From assembly GCA_965645245.1 (NCBI GenBank), contig OZ287068.1:3224001-3288000 (forward strand): 64,000 nt of DNA. Reading direction: 5' to 3'. Positions 11,862 to 21,947 of this stretch are shown here, piece after piece (position 1 is the first letter of the stretch; every line of letters begins with the position of its first letter). The translations under genes and the position numbers were made by a program. The notes under the pieces are model-generated. The model did not search any database. It had not been told where the DNA came from and saw only the letters and a list, made by a program, of their open reading frames with translations. The DNA comes from Massalongia carnosa (Eukaryota).

Positions 11862-13170
11862 CACGCGGGTGAAAAAAAAAACTCCCCCACCAAAACTTAC
11901 CCCTTTTCTTCCCCTTTTTCTTCCCCATCTTCTTCCTCATTCAAAATTTCAAATGCCATCCCACTACGATACACCTCAAAAGGCCAAGGTGCAGGGAGCT
12001 TATGAATTTCTTCTTGCAAATGGCATTTCCATCGATCCTCGAGAGATTTTTCAGCATTTTGGCATTCGAAGCGAGAGACATGGCTATAAGATCATTCGAA
12101 ACGGAGCATCTTCTAGAAGACATCATTCAACGCTGGTTGAGACACGCGATCGCAAATCAAAAGTCACGGAAGCACAAATACAGGAGGCAGATCACATTCT
12201 ACAAGATGAGGGGCTACAGCTGGAAGGAAAACGATACACATGGGAGCAATTGGCTATGGAGATTGGGGCCGACGTTGTCGGTCGTACAATGCACAATGTT
12301 ATGTCGGCTGCTCTAAGCTATGAGAAATGTCTGGCCTGCGTCAAGGGATGGCTGGCCGACCCACCTATGGCAAGACGGGTCGAATTTGCTCACATGATGC
12401 TGACCAGATATCCCAAACCGGAGCAATGGGATCGCGTACGATTTAGTGATGAGATTCATTTTGGATATGGGCCGGAAGGACAGTTACGAATCATTCGTCA
12501 GCCCGGAACACGATATCGTTGGGATTGCATACAGCATCGTGACCCGCCTCCTGAGAAAGATCGAAAACGAAAACATTGCTGGGCTGCAATTGGCTACAAT
12601 TTCAAGTCGGATATTATCTTTTATGACGTGCCGGGCAACAGCAATGGTAAAATGACTCATCAGGTGTATATTGAATCCGTTCTTGACCCCGTCGTCAAGC
12701 CCTGGCTGGAGCGTGGGGATGACTTCGTACTTGAAGAAGATGGAGACTCTGGTCATGGCACGGGCAAGATAAGAAATGCCGTCAAGAAATGGAAGGAAGA
12801 TCATCATTTAGAGCATTATTTCAATTGTGCCTCATCACCTGATTTGTCCCCTATAGAAAATTGCTGGCAGCCAGCGAAGCAGCATGTTCGAAAGTATCCT
12901 CATTGGGACGATGTCAGCTTGAAGCAGCTGATTAGGGATGGATGGGAACGGGTGACGCAGGAATTCATCAAAATGAAAGAGTTCGATCAATGCCCAAATG
13001 ATTGGAAGAGGTAATTAGGGCTGAGGGGGCGATGACTGGCTATTGAATAGAATGTATGTAGAATTTCAATGTTGAATGGGGAAGAAGATGGGGAAGAAAA
13101 AAGGGAAAGAAAAGGGTAAGTTTTGGTGGGGGAATTTCGGCTCAACTTGCCCTTTGTTTTCACCCGCGTG
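11862..13170 (+). mobile_element. Tc1/IS630-like DNA transposon with about 90-110 bp imperfect TIRs starting CACGCGGGTG
   Basis: Left end CACGCGGGTGAAAA..CCCCCACCAAAACTTACCC matches the reverse complement of the right end; flanks are AGTGG and AGCAG, not TA. Confidence 0.88.
11953..13046 (+). pseudogene. DDE_3 (DD38E) Tc1-like transposase with a C-terminal frameshift and stop
   Basis: RFSDE, LEEDGDSGHG and SPDLSPIENCW; the expected tail (NERVRSMPK*LEEVIRAEGAMTGY) lies in another frame after about 12970. Confidence 0.85.
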
Positions 13171-13455
13171 AGCAGAGCGCACAAAGAGTGGGGTTGTTCT
13201 ATTTCAGCTGATGACCTGCATTTGTCCTGTGGCGTTGACCAGGTACAGAGAAACACCTAATCATGCAGCGTCTGCCTCGTCGGCGCTAGCACTCTGTACA
13301 CTGGAGGTCCAAACTCCAGTGTCCCTACAAATAACATCGTTCTCGTTTATCGAATCAACCTATTAAGGAGCTTGCGGTTAGATTGATTATGAAGTCAATC
13401 GAACTTGGAAACGATCTCCCAAATTCGCATTTGACGTAGGCTTCTACTCTTCAGC

Positions 13456-16434
13456 ATGGAGTATGCGTCCGCTCCCGATGAACTTGCTTTGATAGAGAGG
13501 CCAGGGAACCGAGCGATCACAGATGATGATCAGATGTGCTGTTTCGGAATGGTGAGCAAACTCAGTTGAACGTACTCTTTAATATGAGAATGAAGTCAGG
13601 GAGATTTCATGCCGCCCAATAGTGACCCGAGAATTTAGACAATATCATTGTGCCTTTGGCGGACCTAGCTTCGAGTGCAAGCTTTCAATTCATGAAGAAT
13701 TGTGCTGATTGTGTAGTCTAGGTGGTTGATCTTGTCGTGAAGCTTTCGTGCAATTACGAGATTCGGGAGACTCCTATTCATTTAGATGTTATGGAAGATT
13801 CAAGCACCCTCTTTGATCCGAAAGCAAAATCCAAATTCGGATCTCTTAACCTAAGGGCAACCAAAATTCTTGCAGTTCTACGCAAAGAACTCGTGATACA
13901 GATCTTTGCACATAGCTTGCCTAACCTGTCAAAGGATCTGCTAAAGGGAAGTATAACATCGAATGGCAAGACGAAACAGGCAAGGTCAAACCCATCCATT
14001 GGTTTGTACGTAATACTTTATGGACCTTCAGGTCTCGCTCAGCATGTTGGTGACTTTACAGCGAGGTGCAGTCTATACCTGCAACCTCCCTTGTGTTGCA
14101 ACCGAAATGTTCCTTATCAAAATCCACACTGTTTATCCCCCCTTACTTCTGAGAAAGTGTACACATATGAGCTGCTGAATGGAATCTTGGAAGAGGATTT
14201 AGTATCGACCATCGAAACATACTTGAATCCCATCGATCTCTTCGCTGACAGCACGGAGCAAGAAGCGATCCCGGATACGGAATCTCCAGAAGCTTTACGC
14301 ACAAAGCTGTATAAACACCAAAAGCAAGCACTAACATTCATGATGCAACGGGAAAGAGGTTGGGCAACAAAAAGTCATCAAAGAGATATCTGGAAGGAGG
14401 AGAATGACGCTCTCGGCCGGGTGGTATATTTCAATACTGTTAGTGGACAAAGGCAGTTTAGACCACCAAAACAATTTCGAGGCGGTCTACTCACCGACGC
14501 ACCTGGTTTGGGGAAGTCTCTTAGTATAATTGCCCTTATTGCATTAACTGTAGAAAATCGGGGGAACATTCAGCATGATGAGAGTTCATCGAATACAACT
14601 CTCTTAATTGTTCCAAAAACGTGTAAGCTATTTTTTATTTCAGGAACCCACAATAGCTGACTGTTTGCAGTAATCCAGACATGGAAAGATGAACTAGAAA
14701 AGTGAAGTATCCAGAATGAGTGATCTCATGTGCATATAAGTTGACGTTCCTCCCTAGGCATCTCAGCTCGTCCAATGTCATCAAGTTTTGCGTATACTAT
14801 GGAAAAGATAAGACGAAATATCTAGCAGATCTTTCACAATATACTCTAGTCATTACGACCTACTCTGTCGTCCGTTTGGACTGGAAAACAAATAGCTCAG
14901 AGCCCAGCCATCGCCTATTTTTACATAGCGTGCGATGGAAAAGGATCGTCCTGGACGAGGGTCTGCAGTCTTACTTAAAAAAAAAGTCTCCTGCTAATAT
15001 TTTTAGCGCACATAATTCGAGAGCCATCCAAATCTTTTGCACAATCCGTTTGCGCCCTTGAGGCTGAATGTCGATGGGCTGTGACTGGCACACCTATTCA
15101 AAACCGTCTGAGAGATCTATTTAGCTTGTTCAAATTTCTTCAATGCTCTCCATTTGATGATTTAAAGACGTTCAACACCCAAATCGCTCAAAAGTGGAAA
15201 GCAAGATCTGATCCAAATTGCGTGGCGAAACTGAAAACTCTTGTCAATTGCTTGTCATTACGACGGCCCAAAACCATTATTGAGCTACCACCCCGATGTG
15301 ACGTCACGAGTCAACTTGAATTCACCGAAGAGGAATGGCAATACTATGAAAAGGTCCAGGCTGTCACGAAGCGCACGATCGATGCAGCGACCGGGGAAAA
15401 CGGGGGGGCTACCTTTATCAACGCGCTCCAATGGGTCAATGAGCTTCGTCTAATATGCAACCATGGAGTTAAGAGCGGGAAGATAACGCAAGATTTGCCA
15501 AATATATCGGCCAATGTGTCAAGGTGGACCGAACAGGAAGCTCAAGCACGCTTCAATCATCTTGATCAAGTCGGGCTTGCCAAATGTTCTAATCCCGAAT
15601 GTTGCAACGATCTCTCCTCTGCGTTGTCCAGCGAGACTGATACAGAGCATGCTGACGAACCTCGATTGGAAGAGTCACTAGAACTCCTTTGTTCTTTATG
15701 TTTTCATGCTCGGTCAGGAAGGGCTGGGAAGTTTTTCAAAGTTTGCAACCACCTGCCGCGGCGTCCTCTCAATATCGTTGCGCTTGGTACCCAGCAAAAA
15801 CTCGCAGACGAGAAATCAACAACGGCTTCCTTGTTAGATTTCACTTCAGGGGGGATAATTCCCAGCAAAATCAAAAGGCTTGTGCAGGACTTATCCGAAA
15901 CGCCGGAAGATGTTAAAAGGTTTGGGTTGCGGCAACCACAGCTCCCTGGAATCGCTAACAAACCATCGCCTTAGTGTCGTCTTCTCCTCGTGGACAAAAA
16001 CCTTTGATATTATCCAACCCGTGCTAATGAACAAAGGTATCAGATGCGTGCGCCTTGACGGGACGCTATCCGCTTCAAGCCGTATCAGTGTGATAAGAGT
16101 ATTCCGTGCGAACCCCGGTATCAAAGTTCTCCTCGCCACGATCACCTGCGGGGGAATTGGACTCGACCTGACCGCTGCGTCAAGGGCGTATATAATGGAG
16201 CCTCAATGGAATCCCATGAGCGAGTCACAAGCGCTGGACCGCATCCACCGGCTAGGGCAGCTGAAAGAAGTCAAGACTATAAAATACGTTATGAAAAAAT
16301 CGTGGGAGGAGCAGGTGTTAAAATTGCAGTGTCGCAAACAGGAGTTGGCGGACCTGACTTTGAGTGGAGGGGTTATTAGCAGGGCCGAACTTACTCAGGG
16401 TCGGCTGCAATATTTGAAAGAACTTGTGGGCTAA
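13456..16434 (+). CDS. SNF2-family ATPase/helicase, Rad5/Rad16/HLTF-like, multi-exon
   Basis: Exon 1 13456-13551 (..CCFGM); LYKHQKQAL, GGLLTDAPGLGKS, VLDE|AH across an intron, TGTPIQN, a Cys-rich insert, VVFSSW, GLDLTAA and EPQWNP..QALDRIHRLGQ. Confidence 0.92.
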
Positions 16435-17573
16435 CTCAAAGTCCAGATGCTACGAAGAGCTTTTGCATCTAAAACCCTACCTCGTTGCGACAATCGTAAT
16501 ACATCATATATACAATATATATCTATTTCGACGGTCTCAACAAGTTCCATGTCAACTCCTAGAGTATGTTTATAGATGTTTTTACATTGCTCGATATTCT
16601 TATTGCAACTTGATTACATGCCCTCACCTATCGATCGCCGAACTGTTTCACGATAGTTTCTGCAACAACTCATAGGACAACCAATACATAGCGTCAGCTC
16701 TCTACAAATTCACAAACCAATCTTTGCAAGCCATAAGTTCAGCAGGCTTGAAAAGAAGATGTTTGTAAGATCGTCGGGCCGGCGGCATAGAGAGTAATAA
16801 TAACCCAGCATTTCGTGAATAGCTATTTTCGCTTTGTACCCCAGTGACTCCTTACCAAAGCATACGTATCTTCATTTCCAAGTCTTCGCCCCAGAATCGC
16901 TATTCGTACATAGGTTGTAGATCCTCAACGAACTCGAAATGCTCTTGAAATAAGAGGTGCCTCGGTGGGGAGGACGTACGTACCTCTTACCTCGCCCAGC
17001 TAGAATTCTATCCGACTCCTGCCCCATATTGTAGGTTGTCGCCTCCGACGCTCGGCCTCCTCGAACATTCTCCATGCTTAGCAGACCTGAGTTTCTCTCT
17101 CTCCGATCCATATCGTCGCCAGACAGTTCCACAGCTTTGCAACGAAAAGTATTCCTCTTTTGGAGAGCAAGGAGCTCTAAATTCCGGTATCGAGTTATAG
17201 AAGAGGCAAGTAAGTCCGTACACCTGCAAATGTGGGAACCTAGTAATAATGAAAGATGGCTGGTTTTCGGTGATCTAAGTAAATCTATCTCAAAAATATT
17301 CCGTGAGTGTGGATGCATGTAGTTAAGTATCTGTCTGAAAGGCACGTAATAGGGAAGCAAAGTCCCTCTCATTGGCTCTGTTAAAATGGCTCTCAAAGCT
17401 GCTTGTTGGACAAATGACGCTAGTTAACCAGCATCACAGTGGATGGACAACACCTGGACACCCCCTACATAGTGATACACGGACCCTTCCTAGAATAGGT
17501 AAGAATCAACGGTCCAGCCTTGTCACTTACCCACTTCGGGGTAAATGAGCCGCACGGAAACTACGCCGCATAT

Positions 17574-19739
17574 CCCTCTCGCTGTCATTCTAGCACCCCC
17601 CCCCCAAGCTAATCTATATTGGACTAGCTTCCGCACCGATGAGTCATCAGAACATTAGTTTTCTCTAGAGTGTTTGCGCGTTTGTTTACTTTTCAAAGAA
17701 TACTATTCGGTCATTCAATCAAAATAAATCACATAAATTACTATTCTTCTAGCTTCGGAATTGATATTATAAGTATGACGCTCAATGAAGAAGAAATCCC
17801 GAGTGTATCAGACAAATCTCCCATTTCAGCGAAGCAACATAAAATAAATCGCAAAAGAAGTGTTCGGGATATTTTAATCGACCTTCCCCCTATTTCCTCA
17901 AAATATACCCCCATTCGGGTTGAAAACAGGCCTTTTGTTCCGCTCGTTGAAAACGATTCTCGAAATCCTTTGGGATTATTTCGGTTATTTATAACAAGGC
18001 AGCATTGTCGTATCATCGCAAATCATACCAATATCAAGGCAAATAACTACATGGAAAGGGAGAAGGAGAACAATCATCGGGTTTGGACTGACACTACTGA
18101 CTCGGAAATTGAGGTTTTTTTGGGCATATTAATTCTTATGGGACTCGATCATCTACCTGCTACAGAGGATTATTGGAATCAACGTCCTGACAAACCAGTT
18201 ATCATGCCTATTCTGTCCGCGATGTCGCTTGGTCGATTTCAACAAATCAAACGATTTTTGAAAATCAATAATGGACAGACTGAGCCTATCGGACTTGGTC
18301 AAGGACCTGATTGGTGGAAGAAACTGGAACCGTTGGCTACTGATTTCCGAAAGACTTCATTGAAACATTGCAGACCAGGAAGTATGATATCTATAGATGA
18401 ACAGCTGGTGTTATTCAAGGGCCGTTCTCGACATACCTTGCAGATTACTACAAAAAGTGCCCATAAAGGATTTAAAATCTACAGTCTCTGTCAGGATAAT
18501 TATCTGTTGTCATTTATGTTTGCCTCGAAGAGTAGCAGAATAAGTGAATTGAAAACAGTCAGACAATTGGGATTTTTGCCAAAAGATAAACTAACTCCTA
18601 GTGCTTTGCTAGTGATTCAGTTATGTAAAGAACTTCCATCCTCACTGAATTATCATCTTTTCTGTGATAATTTCTTTACTAGTACGAAATTATTCAAGGC
18701 ACTTCGATCAATCGGAATAGCTGCCAGTGGAACTGCTAAAAAGGGCTCGGGCTTTCCAGAAGAATTGTTGGCCATACGGGACGTCACTTCAAAAGGAAAA
18801 GACTGGGGTCTTCAGGCCCATATGGTGGTCGACGATAAGGTGCTTTGTATGGGCTGGGTGGATAATAATGGTGTGCAGTATATGACCACCGGTCATTCTC
18901 CTCAGGACTTGTACGAAATGCACTATATAAATCCGCACAAGAGATATGGAATTCCCGAGACCTCTCTTCAACCTATTGTATCGTATTTCCCATCAACTCT
19001 GGCTCACTCCATTCCCTTGCTCAATCAAGAGGTTCAACGGCCCTTAGGATTACCGATACCAGCCCCAATCAAAGAATATAATCTTCATATGCGGGGATCG
19101 GATGGAAACGCTCAGCAACGAGCGATTTACTCATACAATCGTCGAACGGATCGTTACTGGTGGCCTTTGTTCATTTTTATTTTAGATGCAGCCGGATTGA
19201 ATGCCTATAAACTTTACTCGCTGAACTCTTTCGATTCCGAGGAGATAAAATTTACTCGTTCTGAATTTCTTCGTCGGATTGCTCTTGAACTGATATCAAA
19301 TCAAGCGGGCATCAGGCCCGGCTCATCAAAGATAAGCATCAATACCACGATTGATGCTTTAGTACCATCTCCCATTCATCATTACGTTCGTCTTGAAGGC
19401 AGAAAAAGATGTGTGCAATGTAACGCCGAGAAAAAACGACCTTCAAAGCGGAAGGGAGAGCCACTGGCTGAAATAAGTGTCGATGGGCGTAAAAGAAGGC
19501 GAAGGGGTGCTCAGACTATATGGGCTTGTGGAGGATGTAATCCAATCAGGCCCTGCTGTAAGAAAGCCAGCTGTTGGGAAGCTATTCATATGATAGGGGA
19601 CGAGTAAATAGGTATCTGATACTCCGTACAACTTCTTGTGAATAGGAATAACATTGATTGGTCAAAAGTTTAAGGTTTAGCGCTTTCTAACCAACAATGG
19701 TTTAGCTTGGGGGGGGGTGCTAGAATGACAGCGAGAGGG
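17574..19739 (+). mobile_element. piggyBac-like DNA transposon, copy A1
   Basis: TIR CCCTCTCGCTGTCATTCTAGCA(C)9-10AAGCTAA at both ends; both ends abut AT. Confidence 0.95.
17775..19607 (+). CDS. piggyBac-family DDD transposase with C-terminal cysteine-rich domain, intact
   Basis: SIDEQLVLFKGR, FCDNFFTS, EYNLHMRGSD, YWWPLF and CVQC..CGGC..CC..CWEAIH; first ATG at 17775. Confidence 0.93.
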   Translation: MTLNEEEIPSVSDKSPISAKQHKINRKRSVRDILIDLPPISSKYTPIRVENRPFVPLVENDSRNPLGLFRLFITRQHCRIIANHTNIKANNYMEREKENNHRVWTDTTDSEIEVFLGILILMGLDHLPATEDYWNQRPDKPVIMPILSAMSLGRFQQIKRFLKINNGQTEPIGLGQGPDWWKKLEPLATDFRKTSLKHCRPGSMISIDEQLVLFKGRSRHTLQITTKSAHKGFKIYSLCQDNYLLSFMFASKSSRISELKTVRQLGFLPKDKLTPSALLVIQLCKELPSSLNYHLFCDNFFTSTKLFKALRSIGIAASGTAKKGSGFPEELLAIRDVTSKGKDWGLQAHMVVDDKVLCMGWVDNNGVQYMTTGHSPQDLYEMHYINPHKRYGIPETSLQPIVSYFPSTLAHSIPLLNQEVQRPLGLPIPAPIKEYNLHMRGSDGNAQQRAIYSYNRRTDRYWWPLFIFILDAAGLNAYKLYSLNSFDSEEIKFTRSEFLRRIALELISNQAGIRPGSSKISINTTIDALVPSPIHHYVRLEGRKRCVQCNAEKKRPSKRKGEPLAEISVDGRKRRRRGAQTIWACGGCNPIRPCCKKASCWEAIHMIGDE

Positions 19740-19779
19740 ATGGTCCAGCACGTTAGACCTAACGGACTGGTCTAACTAT

Positions 19780-21945
19780 CCCTCTCGCTGTCATTCTAGC
19801 ACCCCCCCCCAAGCTAAACCATTGTTGGTTAGAAAGCGCTAAACCTTAAACTTTTGACCAATCAATGTTATTCCTATTCACAAGAAGTTGTACGGAGTAT
19901 CAGATACCTATTTACTCGTCCCCTATCATATGAATAGCTTCCCAACAGCTGGCTTTCTTACAGCAGGGCCTGATTGGATTACATCCTCCACAAGCCCATA
20001 TAGTCTGAGCACCCCTTCGCCTTCTTTTACGCCCATCGACACTTATTTCAGCCAGTGGCTCTCCCTTCCGCTTTGAAGGTCGTTTTTTCTCGGCGTTACA
20101 TTGCACACATCTTTTTCTGCCTTCAAGACGAACGTAATGATGAATGGGAGATGGTACTAAAGCATCAATCGTGGTATTGATGCTTATCTTTGATGAGCCG
20201 GGCCTGATGCCCGCTTGATTTGATATCAGTTCAAGAGCAATCCGACGAAGAAATTCAGAACGAGTAAATTTTATCTCCTCGGAATCGAAAGAGTTCAGCG
20301 AGTAAAGTTTATAGGCATTCAATCCGGCTGCATCTAAAATAAAAATGAACAAAGGCCACCAGTAACGATCCGTTCGACGATTGTATGAGTAAATCGCTCG
20401 TTGCTGAGCGTTTCCATCCGATCCCCGCATATGAAGATTATATTCTTTGATTGGGGCTGGTATCGGTAATCCTAAGGGCCGTTGAACCTCTTGATTGAGC
20501 AAGGGAATGGAGTGAGCCAGAGTTGATGGGAAATACGATACAATAGGTTGAAGAGAGGTCTCGGGAATTCCATATCTCTTGTGCGGATTTATATAGTGCA
20601 TTTCGTACAAGTCCTGAGGAGAATGACCGGTGGTCATGTACTGCACACCATTATTATCCACCCAGCCCATACAAAGCACCTTATCGTCGACCACCATATG
20701 GGCCTGAAGACCCCAGTCTTTTCCTTTTGAAGTGACGTCCCGTATGGCCAACAATTCTTCTGGAAAGCCCGAGCCCTTTTTAGCAGTTCCACTGGCAGCT
20801 ATTCCGATTGATCGAAGTGCCTTGAATAATTTCGTACTAGTAAAGAAATTATCACAGAAAAGATGATAATTCAGTGAGGATGGAAGTTCTTTACATAACT
20901 GAATCACTAGCAAAGCACTAGGAGTTAGTTTATCTTTTGGCAAAAATCCCAATTGTCTGACTGTTTTCAATTCACTTATTCTGCTACTCTTCGAGGCAAA
21001 CATAAATGACAACAGATAATTATCCTGACAGAGACTGTAGATTTTAAATCCTTTATGGGCACTTTTTGTAGTAATCTGCAAGGTATGTCGAGAACGGCCC
21101 TTGAATAACACCAGCTGTTCATCTATAGATATCATACTTCCTGGTCTGCAATGTTTCAATGAAGTCTTTCGGAAATCAGTAGCCAACGGTTCCAGTTTCT
21201 TCCACCAATCAGGTCCTTGACCAAGTCCGATAGGCTCAGTCTGTCCATTATTGATTTTCAAAAATCGTTTGATTTGTTGAAATCGACCAAGCGACATCGC
21301 GGACAGAATAGGCATGATAACTGGTTTGTCAGGACGTTGATTCCAATAATCCTCTGTAGCAGGTAGATGATCGAGTCCCATAAGAATTAATATGCCCAAA
21401 AAAACCTCAATTTCCGAGTCAGTAGTGTCAGTCCAAACCCGATGATTGTTCTCCTTCTCCTTTTCCATGTAGTTATTTGCCTTGATATTGGTATGATTTG
21501 CGATGATACGACAATGCTGCCTTGTTATAAATAACCGAAATAATCCCAAAGGATTTCGAGAATCGTTTTCAACGAGCGGAACAAAAGGCCTGTTTTCAAC
21601 CCGAATGGGGGTATATTTTGAGGAAATAGGGGGAAGGTCGATTAAAATATCCCGAACACTTCTTTTGCGATTTATTTTATGTTGCTTCGCTGAAATGGGA
21701 GATTTGTCTGATACACTCGGGATTTCTTCTTCATTGAGCGTCATACTTATAATATCAATTCCGAAGCTAGAAGAATAGTAATTTATGTGATTTATTTTGA
21801 TTGAATGACCGAATAGTATTCTTTGAAAAGTAAACAAACGCGCAAACACTCTAGAGAAAACTAATGTTCTGATGACTCATCGGTGCGGAAGCTAGTCCAA
21901 TATAGATTAGCTTGGGAGGGGGGTGCTAGAATGACAGCGAGAGGG
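19780..21945 (-). mobile_element. piggyBac-like DNA transposon, copy A2 (inverted, near-identical to A1)
   Basis: Same TIRs; I found only three substitutions relative to A1. Confidence 0.95.
19912..21744 (-). CDS. piggyBac-family transposase, intact
   Basis: Identical to the A1 protein except one R/K change (YMERE vs YMEKE). Confidence 0.93.
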   Translation of the reverse strand: MTLNEEEIPSVSDKSPISAKQHKINRKRSVRDILIDLPPISSKYTPIRVENRPFVPLVENDSRNPLGLFRLFITRQHCRIIANHTNIKANNYMEKEKENNHRVWTDTTDSEIEVFLGILILMGLDHLPATEDYWNQRPDKPVIMPILSAMSLGRFQQIKRFLKINNGQTEPIGLGQGPDWWKKLEPLATDFRKTSLKHCRPGSMISIDEQLVLFKGRSRHTLQITTKSAHKGFKIYSLCQDNYLLSFMFASKSSRISELKTVRQLGFLPKDKLTPSALLVIQLCKELPSSLNYHLFCDNFFTSTKLFKALRSIGIAASGTAKKGSGFPEELLAIRDVTSKGKDWGLQAHMVVDDKVLCMGWVDNNGVQYMTTGHSPQDLYEMHYINPHKRYGIPETSLQPIVSYFPSTLAHSIPLLNQEVQRPLGLPIPAPIKEYNLHMRGSDGNAQQRAIYSYNRRTDRYWWPLFIFILDAAGLNAYKLYSLNSFDSEEIKFTRSEFLRRIALELISNQAGIRPGSSKISINTTIDALVPSPIHHYVRLEGRKRCVQCNAEKKRPSKRKGEPLAEISVDGRKRRRRGAQTIWACGGCNPIRPCCKKASCWEAIHMIGDE

Positions 21946-21947
21946 AT

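Noticed and set aside
16872..17396. 174-aa minus-strand ORF
   Set aside because: Non-ATG start and no recognisable motifs; possibly a decayed gene, unassigned
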